This document shows positions 20,491 to 30,338 of a stretch of DNA of 64,000 nucleotides, piece by piece; position 1 is the first letter of the stretch; each line of letters opens with the position of its first letter. The notes beneath the pieces were generated by a model. It worked only from the letters and a program-made list of their open reading frames with translations, was not told the DNA's origin and did not search any database. The stretch lies in NCBI GenBank assembly GCA_963720495.1, contig CAVRFU010000011.1, positions 246-64,245 on the forward strand. Direction: 5' to 3'. Source of the stretch: an uncultured Chloroflexia bacterium. GTDB lineage: Bacteria > Chloroflexota > Limnocylindria > Limnocylindrales > CSP1-4. The position numbers and the translations under genes are program-made.

Positions 20491-21036
20491 ATGCGAAAGC
20501 TCATGTCCATCGTCGGTACGGGTGTCCTGCTGCTGACGCTCGCGCCTGCCACGCTTGCAGCCTCGCCGGTCGTGCCACCGTCCAGATCGTCCGGCTCGAT
20601 CGTCGGCATCGCCGTCGCCAACGGCAACTTCACCACCTTGGTCGCCGCGGTCGGGTGTGCCGATCCCGCGGTCGCCACAGCTCTCACGAGCGGGCAGCAG
20701 CTGACGGTCTTCGCTCCGACTGATGCGGCCTTCCTCGCGTCACCGTTCGGCCCCCTCACCGCCGCCAACGTTTGCAGCGTCCCGCAGGGCGTGCTGACCG
20801 ACATCCTTCTCTACCACGTCGAACCCGGCCGCCATTTCTCGAACAGCGTGCTGCCCAAGAAGGCCGGCCAGAGCAAGATCATCGACACGCTTCTCGGCCA
20901 GTCGTTCAAGGTCAGCGCGAACGGAGCGATCAGGACGACGGGCGGGCTGACGACTCCGACGATCGTCGCGGCCAACGTCGCGGCCACGAATGGTGTCATC
21001 CACGTCGTCGACGAGGTTCTCGTTCCGTCCCTGTAG
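20491..21036 (+). CDS. secreted fasciclin (FAS1) domain protein
   Basis: AAGGAG 6 nt upstream of ATG 20491. Signal peptide MRKLMSIVGTGVLLLTLAPATLAA. FAS1 motifs TVFAPTDAAF and NGVIHVVDEVLVP. Confidence 0.85.
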   Translation: MRKLMSIVGTGVLLLTLAPATLAASPVVPPSRSSGSIVGIAVANGNFTTLVAAVGCADPAVATALTSGQQLTVFAPTDAAFLASPFGPLTAANVCSVPQGVLTDILLYHVEPGRHFSNSVLPKKAGQSKIIDTLLGQSFKVSANGAIRTTGGLTTPTIVAANVAATNGVIHVVDEVLVPSL

Positions 21037-21090
21037 TCCGGCGGCGGCGCCGCGTCGAGCGGCTGGAGTGATCCGCAGCTTTCCTCCCAC

Positions 21091-21122
21091 GAAGCCGGCC
21101 TGGCGGGGGTCAGGTCGGCTTC
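21091..21122 (+). terminator. putative intrinsic terminator hairpin after the fasciclin gene
   Basis: gaagccggcctg / gcgggggt / caggtcggcttc: a 12-bp stem (one G-U pair) and 8-nt loop, 55 nt after the stop. No clear U tract. Confidence 0.4.
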
Positions 21123-21265
21123 GTCACGTTCGGGCGCCGCCACACAGTCCGAGAGTTTCGGCGCGGGTGCTTGTCGAAACCCGTTGCCGTGCGTACGATA
21201 AGGACCGGCACCGCGCGATCGGCGCCCCAACCTCGCTCCCACGCTTCCCCGGAGGGTCACGCTCG

Positions 21266-21676
21266 ATGATCGACCAGCAGCCGACGACGATCGATGTGCA
21301 GCCGTTGACGACGACGGTGGTCTCGCTCACCGACGCCGCGGTCAGCAAGCTCACGGAGCTGACCAAGGAAGAGACCAACCCAGCGATCGGCTTGCGCGTC
21401 TACGTCTATTCCGGCGGCTGCTCCGGCTTCCGCTACGGGATGATGCTCGAGGATGCGCCGACCCCCGAGGACCGCGTCCTCGACGTGAGCGGCATCAAGG
21501 TCTACGTGGACGGCCAGAGCGTCGACCTCCTCAAGGGGTCGCAGATCGACTATGTCGACACGCTCATGGGGGCCGGCTTCACGGTCAACAACCCGAATGC
21601 GGTGGCCGCCTGCGGCTGCGGCTCCAGCTTCCGGACCGCCGACGATGGCGGCGCTCCCAAGGGCTGCGCGCACTGA
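21266..21676 (+). CDS. erpA: iron-sulfur cluster insertion protein (HesB/IscA/ErpA family)
   Basis: GLRVYVYSGGCSGFRYGM...NPNAVAACGCGSSF with the three conserved Cys. GGAGGG 9 nt upstream of ATG 21266. Confidence 0.9.
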   Translation: MIDQQPTTIDVQPLTTTVVSLTDAAVSKLTELTKEETNPAIGLRVYVYSGGCSGFRYGMMLEDAPTPEDRVLDVSGIKVYVDGQSVDLLKGSQIDYVDTLMGAGFTVNNPNAVAACGCGSSFRTADDGGAPKGCAH

Positions 21677-21727
21677 CCCACCCACCCGTGCCGTGAACGA
21701 CGGCCAGGTCGCAGACATCTCGATCGA

Positions 21728-21751
21728 AAGCCGCCGGGCGACCGGCGGCTT
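21728..21751 (+). terminator. putative intrinsic terminator after erpA
   Basis: aagccgccgg-gcga-ccggcggctt: a perfect 10-bp GC-rich stem with a GNRA tetraloop, followed by cgtcgtttcc. Confidence 0.6.
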
Positions 21752-21895
21752 CGTCGTTTCCGGCGACGTCCGGCCGCTCATGGCGCACGACCATTGGTCA
21801 CCGCGAACCGGTACGCCGGGGCCATGGGCGGTCGGGGCCACGCGACGGAGCCTGTCGTGGGGCAACCAAGCTTTCAGGACCGCCGCCGCCATGTG

Positions 21896-23491
21896 ATGCC
21901 GATGACTCGAGCCAGCAACCTGCGTGTGACCCTGCCGATGGCCTATCTCGCCATCGGCGCGCTGCTGGTCGTGGTCCACGCGACGCTCGAGACCGGCAGC
22001 CTCCCGCAGAGCCTGCTCTATGACGTGATCGGCGCGTCCGCGGTCACCGTCGCCCTCATCGGTGTCTGGCGCAACAAGCCCGACCGTGCCGCGCCGTGGA
22101 TCCTGATGGCCATCGGCCAGGCCCTGTTCGTGGCCGGCGACCTGCTCTGGAACTGGTACGAGGTCATCGGCGAGGACCCGTTCCCGTCCATGGCGGACGT
22201 GCTGTACCTCGCCGGCTACCCGTTCATCGCGCTCGGGCTCCTGATGATGATCCGCCGCCGCGTCGGCGGCGGCGACCGTGGCGGTGCGCTCGATGCGGCC
22301 ATCCTCACGACGGCAGCCGCGATCCTGTCCTGGACGTTCCTGATCCAGCCGCAGCTGGTCGGCTCGGAGCTCGACAGCACCTCGCTCCTGATCACCCTCG
22401 CGTACCCGGTCGCCGACCTGGTCCTCATCGGTGTGGCGATGGGCCTCCTGACGACGCCCGGCGCCCGCACGCCGTCTTTCCAGATGCTCGCCCTGAGCCT
22501 CGGCCTGATGCTGGTGGCAGACCAGATCTACGCCATCCAGAACCTCGACGGGACCTACGTCAGCGGCGGTCCGATCGACACGCTCTACCTCATCGCGTAC
22601 CTGCTCTTCGGAGCGGCCGCCGCCCACCCGTCGATGCGCCGGTTGACCGAGCCGCATCCGGTCCCGGTCACGTGGCTCGGGCCCGTCCGGCTGGCCTGCC
22701 TGGCCGCGGCGATGATCACGGGCCCGCTCCTGGTCACCTTGGGCCCGGGCACCGACGGCGGCCTCGCGGTCGTGGCCGCGGGCACCGCGGTCCTGTCGCT
22801 GCTGGTCCTGGCCCGCCTCGCCGGCCTGGTCGGGATGCTCGCCCGTGACGTGGCCCAGCGCCGCGCTCTCGAGGCGCAGCTGAGCTACCAGGCGTTCCAC
22901 GACCCGCTGACCGGGCTGTCCAACCGCCGCCGGTTCGTCGAGGCCGCCGAGAAGGCGCTCGAGGCCAAGGTCGGCACCGGCTCGGTCGCGGCCCTGTTCC
23001 TCGACCTCGACGACTTCAAGACCGTCAACGACAGCCTCGGCCACGCCGCGGGCGACAGCATGCTGATCGCGGTCGCGGCCCGCCTCCGCTCCGACCTGCG
23101 GACCTCGGACGTCGCCGGCCGGCTGGGCGGTGACGAGTTCGGCGTCCTGCTCACCGACCTCCCGGACGAGGCCTACGCGGTGGCCGTCGCGGAGCGGCTG
23201 CTGGCACGGCTGGTCGAGCCGATCGAGGTGGCCGGCGTCTCCATCGAGGTCGGCGCCAGCATCGGGATCGCGGTCGTCGCGGCGGGGGTCGGGACCGTGG
23301 ACGACCTGCTGGGCGACGCCGACGTCGCGATGTACCAGGCCAAGGCCCGTGGCAAGGGCCGCTACCAGGTGTTCGACGCAGACAGCGGCGAGGAACGGGC
23401 CGGCCGGGTCCGTGCCTGGGCCGAGCGCGGCCCGACCGTGCGCCGGCCCGGGTCGATCGGCACCGTACGCCTGGAGCCCGGGGCGGGCTAG
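21896..23491 (+). CDS. membrane-anchored diguanylate cyclase (GGDEF domain)
   Basis: About 9 predicted TM helices, then HDPLTGLSNRRRF, FLDLDDFKTVNDSLGHAAGD, GRLGGDEFGVLL (GGDEF), YQAKARGKGRY. Confidence 0.85.
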   Translation: MPMTRASNLRVTLPMAYLAIGALLVVVHATLETGSLPQSLLYDVIGASAVTVALIGVWRNKPDRAAPWILMAIGQALFVAGDLLWNWYEVIGEDPFPSMADVLYLAGYPFIALGLLMMIRRRVGGGDRGGALDAAILTTAAAILSWTFLIQPQLVGSELDSTSLLITLAYPVADLVLIGVAMGLLTTPGARTPSFQMLALSLGLMLVADQIYAIQNLDGTYVSGGPIDTLYLIAYLLFGAAAAHPSMRRLTEPHPVPVTWLGPVRLACLAAAMITGPLLVTLGPGTDGGLAVVAAGTAVLSLLVLARLAGLVGMLARDVAQRRALEAQLSYQAFHDPLTGLSNRRRFVEAAEKALEAKVGTGSVAALFLDLDDFKTVNDSLGHAAGDSMLIAVAARLRSDLRTSDVAGRLGGDEFGVLLTDLPDEAYAVAVAERLLARLVEPIEVAGVSIEVGASIGIAVVAAGVGTVDDLLGDADVAMYQAKARGKGRYQVFDADSGEERAGRVRAWAERGPTVRRPGSIGTVRLEPGAG

Positions 23492-23547
23492 ACTCGACGC
23501 AGCGGCCGGTCGGGCCGCCAATCGCACCGAACCGCGAGGCACGGTCG

Positions 23548-24411
23548 ATGGAGATCCCGCTCTTCCCGCTGCACACCGTCCTCTGCCCCGGCATCGTCCT
23601 GCCGCTCCACGTGTTCGAGGATCGGTACCGCGCTCTGACCCGGCACTGCCTCGACACCGGCGAGCCGTTCGGCGTCGTCCTCATCCGCGATGGCCAGGAG
23701 GTCGGACCGAGCCGGACGCTCGCGCTGGCCGCGGTGGGAGCCCTGGTCGAGATCCGCGAAGCCGGCCGCTATCCGGACGGGCGCTACGACCTCCTCGCGG
23801 CGGCGACCGGCCGGTTCGCCATCGACACGGTCGATCCGGCCCGCGAGCCCTACCTCGTGGCCGACGTCACCCCGCTCGAGGACGAGGTCGGCGACGAGGC
23901 CCGGGCGGAGCGCCTGGCCGCCTCCGCCATCCGCCGGTTCGTCCGCTACCTCGAGCTGATGCGGGCGCGCGACGGCGAGACCAGCGAGGTCCTCGACATC
24001 CGGGTCGAGGTCGAGACCGCCCCGTTCGAGTCCGACGACTCCGACGAGGCGACCGATGATGACGACGACATCACCGATGACGACATCGTGGCCGCCATCG
24101 AGGACGCGGCCGCGACCGGCGTCGTCCCGGAGCCGATCGAGTCGCGCGCCGACGACGACGCCGGGTCGTCCTCGGGCGAGCGCCGGCGCGACCTCGTCAT
24201 CCCCGACGATCCGACGGTCCTGTCGCACCTCCTGTCGGGGATCATCGGCATCGAGCTGCCACGCCGGCAGGCCCTCCTCGAGGCGCACACCACCGTCGAG
24301 CGGCTGGAGGCCCTCATCCGCCTGCTGGATCGGGAGCTGCTGCTCCTGACGAGCCGGTTGCGCCTGTTTTCGCCCGATCAGCGCCTGCTGCGCGGCCCGC
24401 GCCGAAGCTGA
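23548..24411 (+). CDS. Lon N-terminal (LON substrate-binding) domain protein with a polyacidic insert
   Basis: IPLFPLHTVLCPGIVLPLHVFEDRYRAL...FGVVLIRDG is typical of the LON_substr_bdg domain. The insert is ESDDSDEATDDDDDITDDDIVAAIED. Confidence 0.8.
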   Translation: MEIPLFPLHTVLCPGIVLPLHVFEDRYRALTRHCLDTGEPFGVVLIRDGQEVGPSRTLALAAVGALVEIREAGRYPDGRYDLLAAATGRFAIDTVDPAREPYLVADVTPLEDEVGDEARAERLAASAIRRFVRYLELMRARDGETSEVLDIRVEVETAPFESDDSDEATDDDDDITDDDIVAAIEDAAATGVVPEPIESRADDDAGSSSGERRRDLVIPDDPTVLSHLLSGIIGIELPRRQALLEAHTTVERLEALIRLLDRELLLLTSRLRLFSPDQRLLRGPRRS

Positions 24412-24425
24412 GCCCGGCCGCCCGG

Positions 24426-25226
24426 TCAGCGCGTCTCGAACGAGCGCTTGGACAGCCCGTAGAAGTAGCCCTCGATCGCGTAGTCCGGCGCCTGGTCCGG
24501 CTTGGCCGCCGCACCGAGCGTGACGAACAACGGGGCGAGATGCTCGACGGTCGGGTGCGCGTAGGGCATCCCGGGCGCCTTCTCGCGGAAGGCGAACAGC
24601 GTGTCGATGTCGCCGCGGTCGAGCGCCTCGGTCGCCCACTGGTCGAAGTCGATCGACCACTGCGGCGCCCCGGGCTTGCCCATGAAGTACTCGTGGATGA
24701 ACGGCAGCCCATGGGTCAGGAAGCCGCTCCCGACGATCAGCACGCCCTCGTCGCGCAGCGGCGCGAGCCGGCGACCGATCTCGAACAGGTGCCCCGGGTC
24801 GAGGTCCGGCATCGACATCTGGAGGACCGGGATATCGGCGTCGGGGTACATCGCCTTGAGCGGCACCCACGCGCCGTGGTCGAGGCCCCGCGTCTCGCGG
24901 TCGAGGACGGGCTCGTTGACGGGCATCAGACCGCGGACCTTCGCCGCCAGGTCGGGCGCGCCGGGTGCGTCGTAGGTCATCTCGTAGAACCGCTCCGGGA
25001 ACCCGTAGAAGTCGTAGACCAGCGGGACGCGACGGGTCGCACCGATCGCCATCGGCGCCGTCTGCCAGTGCGCGCTGACGATCAGGATCTCCTTCGGGCG
25101 CGGCATCGACGCGGACCAGGCGCCCAGCTCGTCCATCCACGCGGGATCGTCGAGGAGCGGCGGCGCCCCGTGACCGAGGTAGATCGCCGGCAGGGGAGCG
25201 GTGGGGTCAGGACTTGGGTCGGTCAT
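24426..25226 (-). CDS. class III extradiol dioxygenase (LigB/YgiD, DOPA 4,5-dioxygenase-like)
   Basis: PAIYLGHGAPP, ILIVSAHW, YDFYGFP, RGLDHGAWVPL, GSGFLTHGLP. Start at MTDPSPD (25226); the upstream part of ORF 24426..25367 is not used. Confidence 0.8.
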   Translation of the reverse strand: MTDPSPDPTAPLPAIYLGHGAPPLLDDPAWMDELGAWSASMPRPKEILIVSAHWQTAPMAIGATRRVPLVYDFYGFPERFYEMTYDAPGAPDLAAKVRGLMPVNEPVLDRETRGLDHGAWVPLKAMYPDADIPVLQMSMPDLDPGHLFEIGRRLAPLRDEGVLIVGSGFLTHGLPFIHEYFMGKPGAPQWSIDFDQWATEALDRGDIDTLFAFREKAPGMPYAHPTVEHLAPLFVTLGAAAKPDQAPDYAIEGYFYGLSKRSFETR

Positions 25227-25338
25227 GGGCCGTAGTGTGGGCTCAACGCGCTTTCCCGGTCTTGACGCCCGCTCCGCGCGGGCCAAGGATGCCCTGTCGG
25301 CCGGTCGTGTCGCACCGGTCGCTTCGCAAGGTGGCGCC

Positions 25339-25713
25339 ATGCTTGTCGATTCGATGCTCGTGACCACGGTCGCCGTGGTCGACCTCGAGGGGGCCAGGGC
25401 GTTCTACGGCGACCGGCTCGGTCTCGACCTGCTCGAGGAGGGGCCGTTCGCCATCCGCTTCGGTGCGGGCAAGGGCACGCAGGTGTCTGTCCGGCGCGGG
25501 CAGCCGAACGTGGGCCAGACCGTCGCGCATTTCGAGGTGGACGACATCGAGACCGTCGTCCGCGAGCTGATCGCGCGCGGCGTCGCATTCAACGAGTACG
25601 AGACGCCAAAGACGGTCGACTTCATCGCCCAGGTCGGGCCCGCCCGCGGCGCCTGGTTCAGCGATCCGGACGGCAACGTGCTCGGGATCCGCCAGGGGCC
25701 GCCCCCAGCCTGA
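25339..25713 (+). CDS. VOC/glyoxalase-family protein
   Basis: AVVDLEGARAFYGDRLGL...HFEVDDIETVVRELIARGV...WFSDPDGNVLGI. ATG at 25339 within ORF 25201..25713. Confidence 0.8.
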   Translation: MLVDSMLVTTVAVVDLEGARAFYGDRLGLDLLEEGPFAIRFGAGKGTQVSVRRGQPNVGQTVAHFEVDDIETVVRELIARGVAFNEYETPKTVDFIAQVGPARGAWFSDPDGNVLGIRQGPPPA

Positions 25714-25755
25714 GTCCTGACTCGCGAGCCCCGCTCTGATCTCGTCCGCGACGGA

Positions 25756-26358
25756 CTACTCGCTGAAGCGCTCTTCCTTCCAGGGGTCCGCATCGTTGTT
25801 GTAGCCGTAGCGCTCCCAGAACCCGAGCTGGTCGTGATCCAGGAACTCCAGGCCGCGGATCCACTTGCTGCTCTTCCAGAAGTAGCGCTTGGGCACGAGG
25901 AGCCGGAGCGGGTAGCCGTGCTCCAGCTCGAGCGGCACGCCGCCGAACGTGTCCGCCAGCAGCACATCGTCGTCGTCGAGCACCGAGAGCGGGAGATTGG
26001 CCGTGTAGCCCTGCTCCGCGTGCGAGACGACGTGCGTGGCGCTCGGTCGGACGGCCGCCATCTCCAGGATCGTCTGGATGGGCACACCCTCCCAGGTCGT
26101 GTCGAGCTTCGACCAGCGGGTCACGCAGTGGATGTCCGTCTGGACCGTCTTGCGGGGCAGCTCCTTGAACTGCTGCCACGTGAGGGTGAACGGGCTGTCG
26201 ACCTCGCCCCAGACCTTGAAGTCCCAGGTCGCGAGGTTCGTGTGCGGCACGGAGCCGTAGTGGAGGACCGGGAACTTGTCGGTCTTGTACTGGCCGGGCG
26301 GGATCCGGTCGGCGACGGCGGTGTCCTGTTCCTTCCCGCCGAAGAGTCGTTCGAACAT
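25756..26358 (-). CDS. sulfite-oxidase-like molybdopterin oxidoreductase (catalytic domain only)
   Basis: DIHCVTRWSKLDTTWEGVP (Moco Cys region), EHGYPLRLLVPKRYFWKSSKWIRGLEF. Confidence 0.8.
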   Translation of the reverse strand: MFERLFGGKEQDTAVADRIPPGQYKTDKFPVLHYGSVPHTNLATWDFKVWGEVDSPFTLTWQQFKELPRKTVQTDIHCVTRWSKLDTTWEGVPIQTILEMAAVRPSATHVVSHAEQGYTANLPLSVLDDDDVLLADTFGGVPLELEHGYPLRLLVPKRYFWKSSKWIRGLEFLDHDQLGFWERYGYNNDADPWKEERFSE

Positions 26359-26459
26359 TGCATGTCCTCGGGCATGTGGGCTGCTCCAGTCATCGTCTCA
26401 TACCTGCCGTGCCGATCCGGCGGCCGTGCCATCGGCCCGGGCTGCGGTACCCTTCGCGC

Positions 26460-27260
26460 GTGCCCCAGCCCGACATCACGCCCGAGCCCACTCCCGCGTC
26501 CGCCGCTGCCCCGCCGCGGGTGATCATCGTCATGCCCGCCTACAACGCCGCCCGGACGCTGGAGCGGACGTACGCGGACATCCCGCACGATCTGGTCGAC
26601 CGGATCATCCTCGTCGACGACGTGTCCCGCGACGAGACCGTCACGATCGCCCGACAGCTCGGGCTGGACGTGATCATCCACAGCCAGAACCGTGGCTACG
26701 GCGGCAACCAGAAGACGTGCTACGACGCCGCCCTGGCCGCCGGCGCCGACATCGTGGTCATGCTCCACCCGGACTACCAGTACGACGCGACCCGGATCCC
26801 GGCCCTGATCGCGCCGATCGTCGACGGCGCCAGCGACCTGATGCTCGGCAGCCGCTTCCTCGGCGACCCACTGGCGGGCGGCATGCCTCGCTGGAAGTAC
26901 GTCAGCAACCGGTTCCTGACCGGGGTCGAGAACGTCGCCTTCGGACTTCACCTGTCCGAGTACCACACGGGACTGCGCGCCTACAGCCGGCGGCTCCTGG
27001 AGACCGTCCCGTACCAGCTCAACAGCGACGACTTCGTCTTCGACCAGGAGCTGATCGCCCAGGTCGTGGCGGCGGGCATGGCGGCGCGGATCGGCGAGGT
27101 CGGCGTCCCCACCCGGTACTTCGAGGAGGCATCCTCGGTCGGGCTCAAGCGGAGCATCGTGTACGGGCTGTCCACCCTGCGCGTCGTCGCCCGCTACCTG
27201 CTCCACCGGTTGCGCGTGCGCCGCTCGCCGAAGCTCGCTGCCCGACGCCGCCACGACTGA
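26460..27260 (+). CDS. family 2 glycosyltransferase
   Basis: VIIVMPAYNAARTLERT, ILVDDVSRDET, GYGGNQKT, HPDYQYD. GTG 26460 is preferred over ATG 26358, which would directly abut the divergent gene start. Confidence 0.8.
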   Translation: MPQPDITPEPTPASAAAPPRVIIVMPAYNAARTLERTYADIPHDLVDRIILVDDVSRDETVTIARQLGLDVIIHSQNRGYGGNQKTCYDAALAAGADIVVMLHPDYQYDATRIPALIAPIVDGASDLMLGSRFLGDPLAGGMPRWKYVSNRFLTGVENVAFGLHLSEYHTGLRAYSRRLLETVPYQLNSDDFVFDQELIAQVVAAGMAARIGEVGVPTRYFEEASSVGLKRSIVYGLSTLRVVARYLLHRLRVRRSPKLAARRRHD

Positions 27261-27267
27261 CCGGCCG

Positions 27268-28272
27268 ATGAGGATCAGCCGGAACGCTCTGCTGCGGGCC
27301 ACGCTCGGGATCGCGATCAGCGTCGTCGCGATCGTCATCCTGATCAACTCGGTCGATATCGAGGCGGCCCTCCAGGTCCTCCGCACCGCATCGCCGGCCT
27401 GGATCGCGGTCATGTTCGTGACGGCGATCATCGACATCGGCGCCCGGGGCGGCCGCTGGCGAGCCCTCCTCGAGCCGATCGCGCCGCTGCCGTACAGCCG
27501 GGTCCTCGGCTACACCTACATCGGCTACCTCGCCAACAACGTCCTGCCGGCACGGCTGGGCGAGCTGTACCGGAGCCACGCCCTGGGCGAAGGCGAGGGC
27601 ATCAGCCGGCCGACGGTGCTCGGCACGGTCGTCGTGGAACGGGTCGTGGACACGGTCATGGTGGTCGCGATCGCCGCGATCGCGGTCCTGGTGCTGAGCG
27701 TCCGCGGCGTGATGACGAGCGCCGTGCTGCTCGGGCTCGCCTTCGTCGCCTTGCTGGTCATCGCGCTCGGGCTGGGCATCGTGGCCCACCGGCTGCCCGG
27801 TGCCGATCGCGTCATCGCGATCATCGCCCGACGGCCGCGACTCCTCGAGCTGGCGCGTCGCCTGCGCGACGGCCTCGCCGTGGCGCAACGGCCCCGCGTG
27901 ATCGTCGTCGCGCTCGCCTTCAGCGCCGTGGCCTGGACCGCGTCGACCGCCACGTTCCTGGTGGCCGGCCAGGCCGTCGGGGTCGAGCTGTCGGTCGCCC
28001 AGGCAGCCCTGATCACCAGCGGCGTGGCGCTCGTCTCGATCGTCCCGTCCGGTCCCGGCTACGTCGGCACGTTCGAGCTGACCGTCGTGGCCATCGCCGA
28101 CGGGCTCGGCATCCCGCGCGATCCGGCGTTCGCGCTCGGCCTGCTGGTCCACGTCGTGGTCCTGCTGGTCACGTCGGTCGGTGGCGTGATCGCGATGCTC
28201 GCCCTGCGCCGCCGGCGCGAGGCCGCGGCCGGATCGGCCGCCGCGGTCCCGGGGAGCAGGCCCGCGCCGTGA
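27268..28272 (+). CDS. flippase-like membrane protein (UPF0104 / lysylphosphatidylglycerol synthase TM-region family)
   Basis: Eight hydrophobic helices; motif YIGYLANNVLPARLGELYR. Confidence 0.7.
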   Translation: MRISRNALLRATLGIAISVVAIVILINSVDIEAALQVLRTASPAWIAVMFVTAIIDIGARGGRWRALLEPIAPLPYSRVLGYTYIGYLANNVLPARLGELYRSHALGEGEGISRPTVLGTVVVERVVDTVMVVAIAAIAVLVLSVRGVMTSAVLLGLAFVALLVIALGLGIVAHRLPGADRVIAIIARRPRLLELARRLRDGLAVAQRPRVIVVALAFSAVAWTASTATFLVAGQAVGVELSVAQAALITSGVALVSIVPSGPGYVGTFELTVVAIADGLGIPRDPAFALGLLVHVVVLLVTSVGGVIAMLALRRRREAAAGSAAAVPGSRPAP

Positions 28273-30266
28273 CCGAGGTCGGGAGCTTCCCGAACGTCCT
28301 CGCGCCCCTCACCCTGCGGCACCGGACATTGCGCAGCCGGATCAACTTCGGGGCGCACACCACCAACATGTCCGAGGAGGGCCTGCCCGGGAAGCGCCAC
28401 ATCGGCTACTACCGCGAGCGGGCGCTGGGCGGCGTCGGGATGATCGTCGTGGAGCCCGTCCCGGTCCACCGGACAGGCGTCCTGACCCGGGGCAACTTCC
28501 GCCACGGCGACGACGCGATCATCCCCGCCTTTCGCCGCCTGACCGACGCCTGTCGTGAGGCGAACCCGGACATCGTGATGATCCACCAGCTGTACCACCT
28601 CGGTCAGCACAACGACGCCGACAACTCGTTCGCGCCGAACTGGTCGCCGTCCGGCCTGCCCTCGTACCACGACGCCGACGGCAGCCACGCGATGACCGAG
28701 GCCGAGATCGAGGAGCTGATCGCGGGGTTCGTCGCGGCCGCCGGCCGGGCGCAGGCGAGCGGCTTCGACGGGATCGAGATCTTCGCCGGCTACAACGGCG
28801 CGGTCGACCAGTTCTGGACGACCTGGACGAACCGGCGGACCGACCGCTGGGGCGGATCGTTCGAGAACCGGATGCGCTTCTCGTCCGAGATCCTGCGACG
28901 GATCCGCGAGCGCTGCGGCGACGACTTCATCATCGGCATGGGCGTCAGCGCCGACCCCGACTCGCCGGCGATGCTGTCCGTCGAGGAGCTGGCCCGGACC
29001 GTCGGCTGGCACGACGAGCGACGGCTGATGGACTACGTCTCGTGCGGCACGGGCTCGTACTTCGACTTCTTCAAGATCATCCCGCCGTCGCTCTTCCCGC
29101 AACGGCTCGGCGAGCCGTACGCGGCGGCCCTCAAGGCCGTCTGCCGGAACGCCCTCGTCCAGGCCGAGAGCCACATCCGGACGCCCGCCGCGGCGGAGGC
29201 GGTCCTCGCCGCCGGTCATGCCGACATGGTCAGCATCGTCCGCGGCCAGATCGCCGACCCGCACCTCGTCGCCAAGACGCGTGCCGGCCGCGCCGACGAG
29301 GTCCGGCCGTGCATCTCGTGCAACCAGCTGTGCTGGGGCCGCCGATCGCGCGACTACTGGATCTCCTGCCTGGTCAACCCGTCGGCCGGCCGCGAGTGGG
29401 AGTGGGACGGCGACCGGTTCGAACCCGCGGCCAGGCCCCGGCGCGTCCTTGTCGTCGGCGGCGGTCCGGCCGGGCTGGAGGCGGCTCGCGTCGCGGCGGA
29501 ACGGGGCCATCACGTGATCCTCATGGAGCGCGGGCCGGAGCTCGGCGGCCAGTTCCGTCTGGCCGGGCGCCAGCCATCGCGCGGCCAGATCACGGACCTC
29601 ATCGCCTGGTTCGGCCGGCGGTTGGACGCCCTGGGCGTGGACGTCCGGCTGGGCGTCGAGGCGAGCGCAGCGGACGTGACGGCGGCCGAGGCGGACGAGG
29701 TCATCGTGGCGACCGGGTCGCGCCCGCCGCTGACCGGCTTCCAGCGGGCCCTGCCGGAGCTGGACCGGCTGCCCGGCGTGGACGGCCCCGACGTCGTCCC
29801 GGTCCAGGCGGTGCTGGATGGCGCCGTCCTCGCGGGCCGGCGCGTCCTCGTGCTCGACGACGTCCAGGACTGGCGGGGTCTCGGCACGGCCACGTTCCTG
29901 GCCGAGGCGGACCACGACGTGACGATCGTGACCGCCGCGGCCGTGGTGGCGGGCGGCCTCTATCACAGCGCCGCCGACGGACCGCTCCGGAAGCGCTTCG
30001 CCGAGGCCGGCGGACGATCCATCACGTCGGCCTGCGTCCTCGAGTGGCGCGCGGGTGTGGCCACGATCCGCTCGACGCTGACCGGCGAGGTCTCGACGCT
30101 CGAGGCGGATGCGCTCGTGATCGCCGAGACGCCGGTCTCCGAGACGGGGCTGGCCGCCGACCTCACCGCCCTCGGCGTGCCGTTCCACGAGATCGGCGAC
30201 GCGGTCGCGCCCCGTCGCGCCAGCCTCGCCTTCTTCGAGGCCCGGGAGCTCGCCCGCCGGCTCTGA
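28269..30266 (+). CDS. FMN/FAD/[4Fe-4S] oxidoreductase of the trimethylamine dehydrogenase / 2,4-dienoyl-CoA reductase / N-methylproline demethylase family
   Basis: OYE-like TIM-barrel N-terminus (RINFGAHTTNM, GVGMIVVEP), Cys cluster CISCNQLCWG...SC, then an ADP-binding fold VLVVGGGPAGLEAARVAAERGHHVILME. GTGA overlap with the upstream gene. Confidence 0.85.
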   Translation: MTEVGSFPNVLAPLTLRHRTLRSRINFGAHTTNMSEEGLPGKRHIGYYRERALGGVGMIVVEPVPVHRTGVLTRGNFRHGDDAIIPAFRRLTDACREANPDIVMIHQLYHLGQHNDADNSFAPNWSPSGLPSYHDADGSHAMTEAEIEELIAGFVAAAGRAQASGFDGIEIFAGYNGAVDQFWTTWTNRRTDRWGGSFENRMRFSSEILRRIRERCGDDFIIGMGVSADPDSPAMLSVEELARTVGWHDERRLMDYVSCGTGSYFDFFKIIPPSLFPQRLGEPYAAALKAVCRNALVQAESHIRTPAAAEAVLAAGHADMVSIVRGQIADPHLVAKTRAGRADEVRPCISCNQLCWGRRSRDYWISCLVNPSAGREWEWDGDRFEPAARPRRVLVVGGGPAGLEAARVAAERGHHVILMERGPELGGQFRLAGRQPSRGQITDLIAWFGRRLDALGVDVRLGVEASAADVTAAEADEVIVATGSRPPLTGFQRALPELDRLPGVDGPDVVPVQAVLDGAVLAGRRVLVLDDVQDWRGLGTATFLAEADHDVTIVTAAAVVAGGLYHSAADGPLRKRFAEAGGRSITSACVLEWRAGVATIRSTLTGEVSTLEADALVIAETPVSETGLAADLTALGVPFHEIGDAVAPRRASLAFFEARELARRL

Positions 30267-30338
30267 GGCAGTGGCGCGCCGTACCATGGACCAGGCACGA
30301 TCCCGCGACACGGCGCACGGCACCCCGAGGAGATGCGA

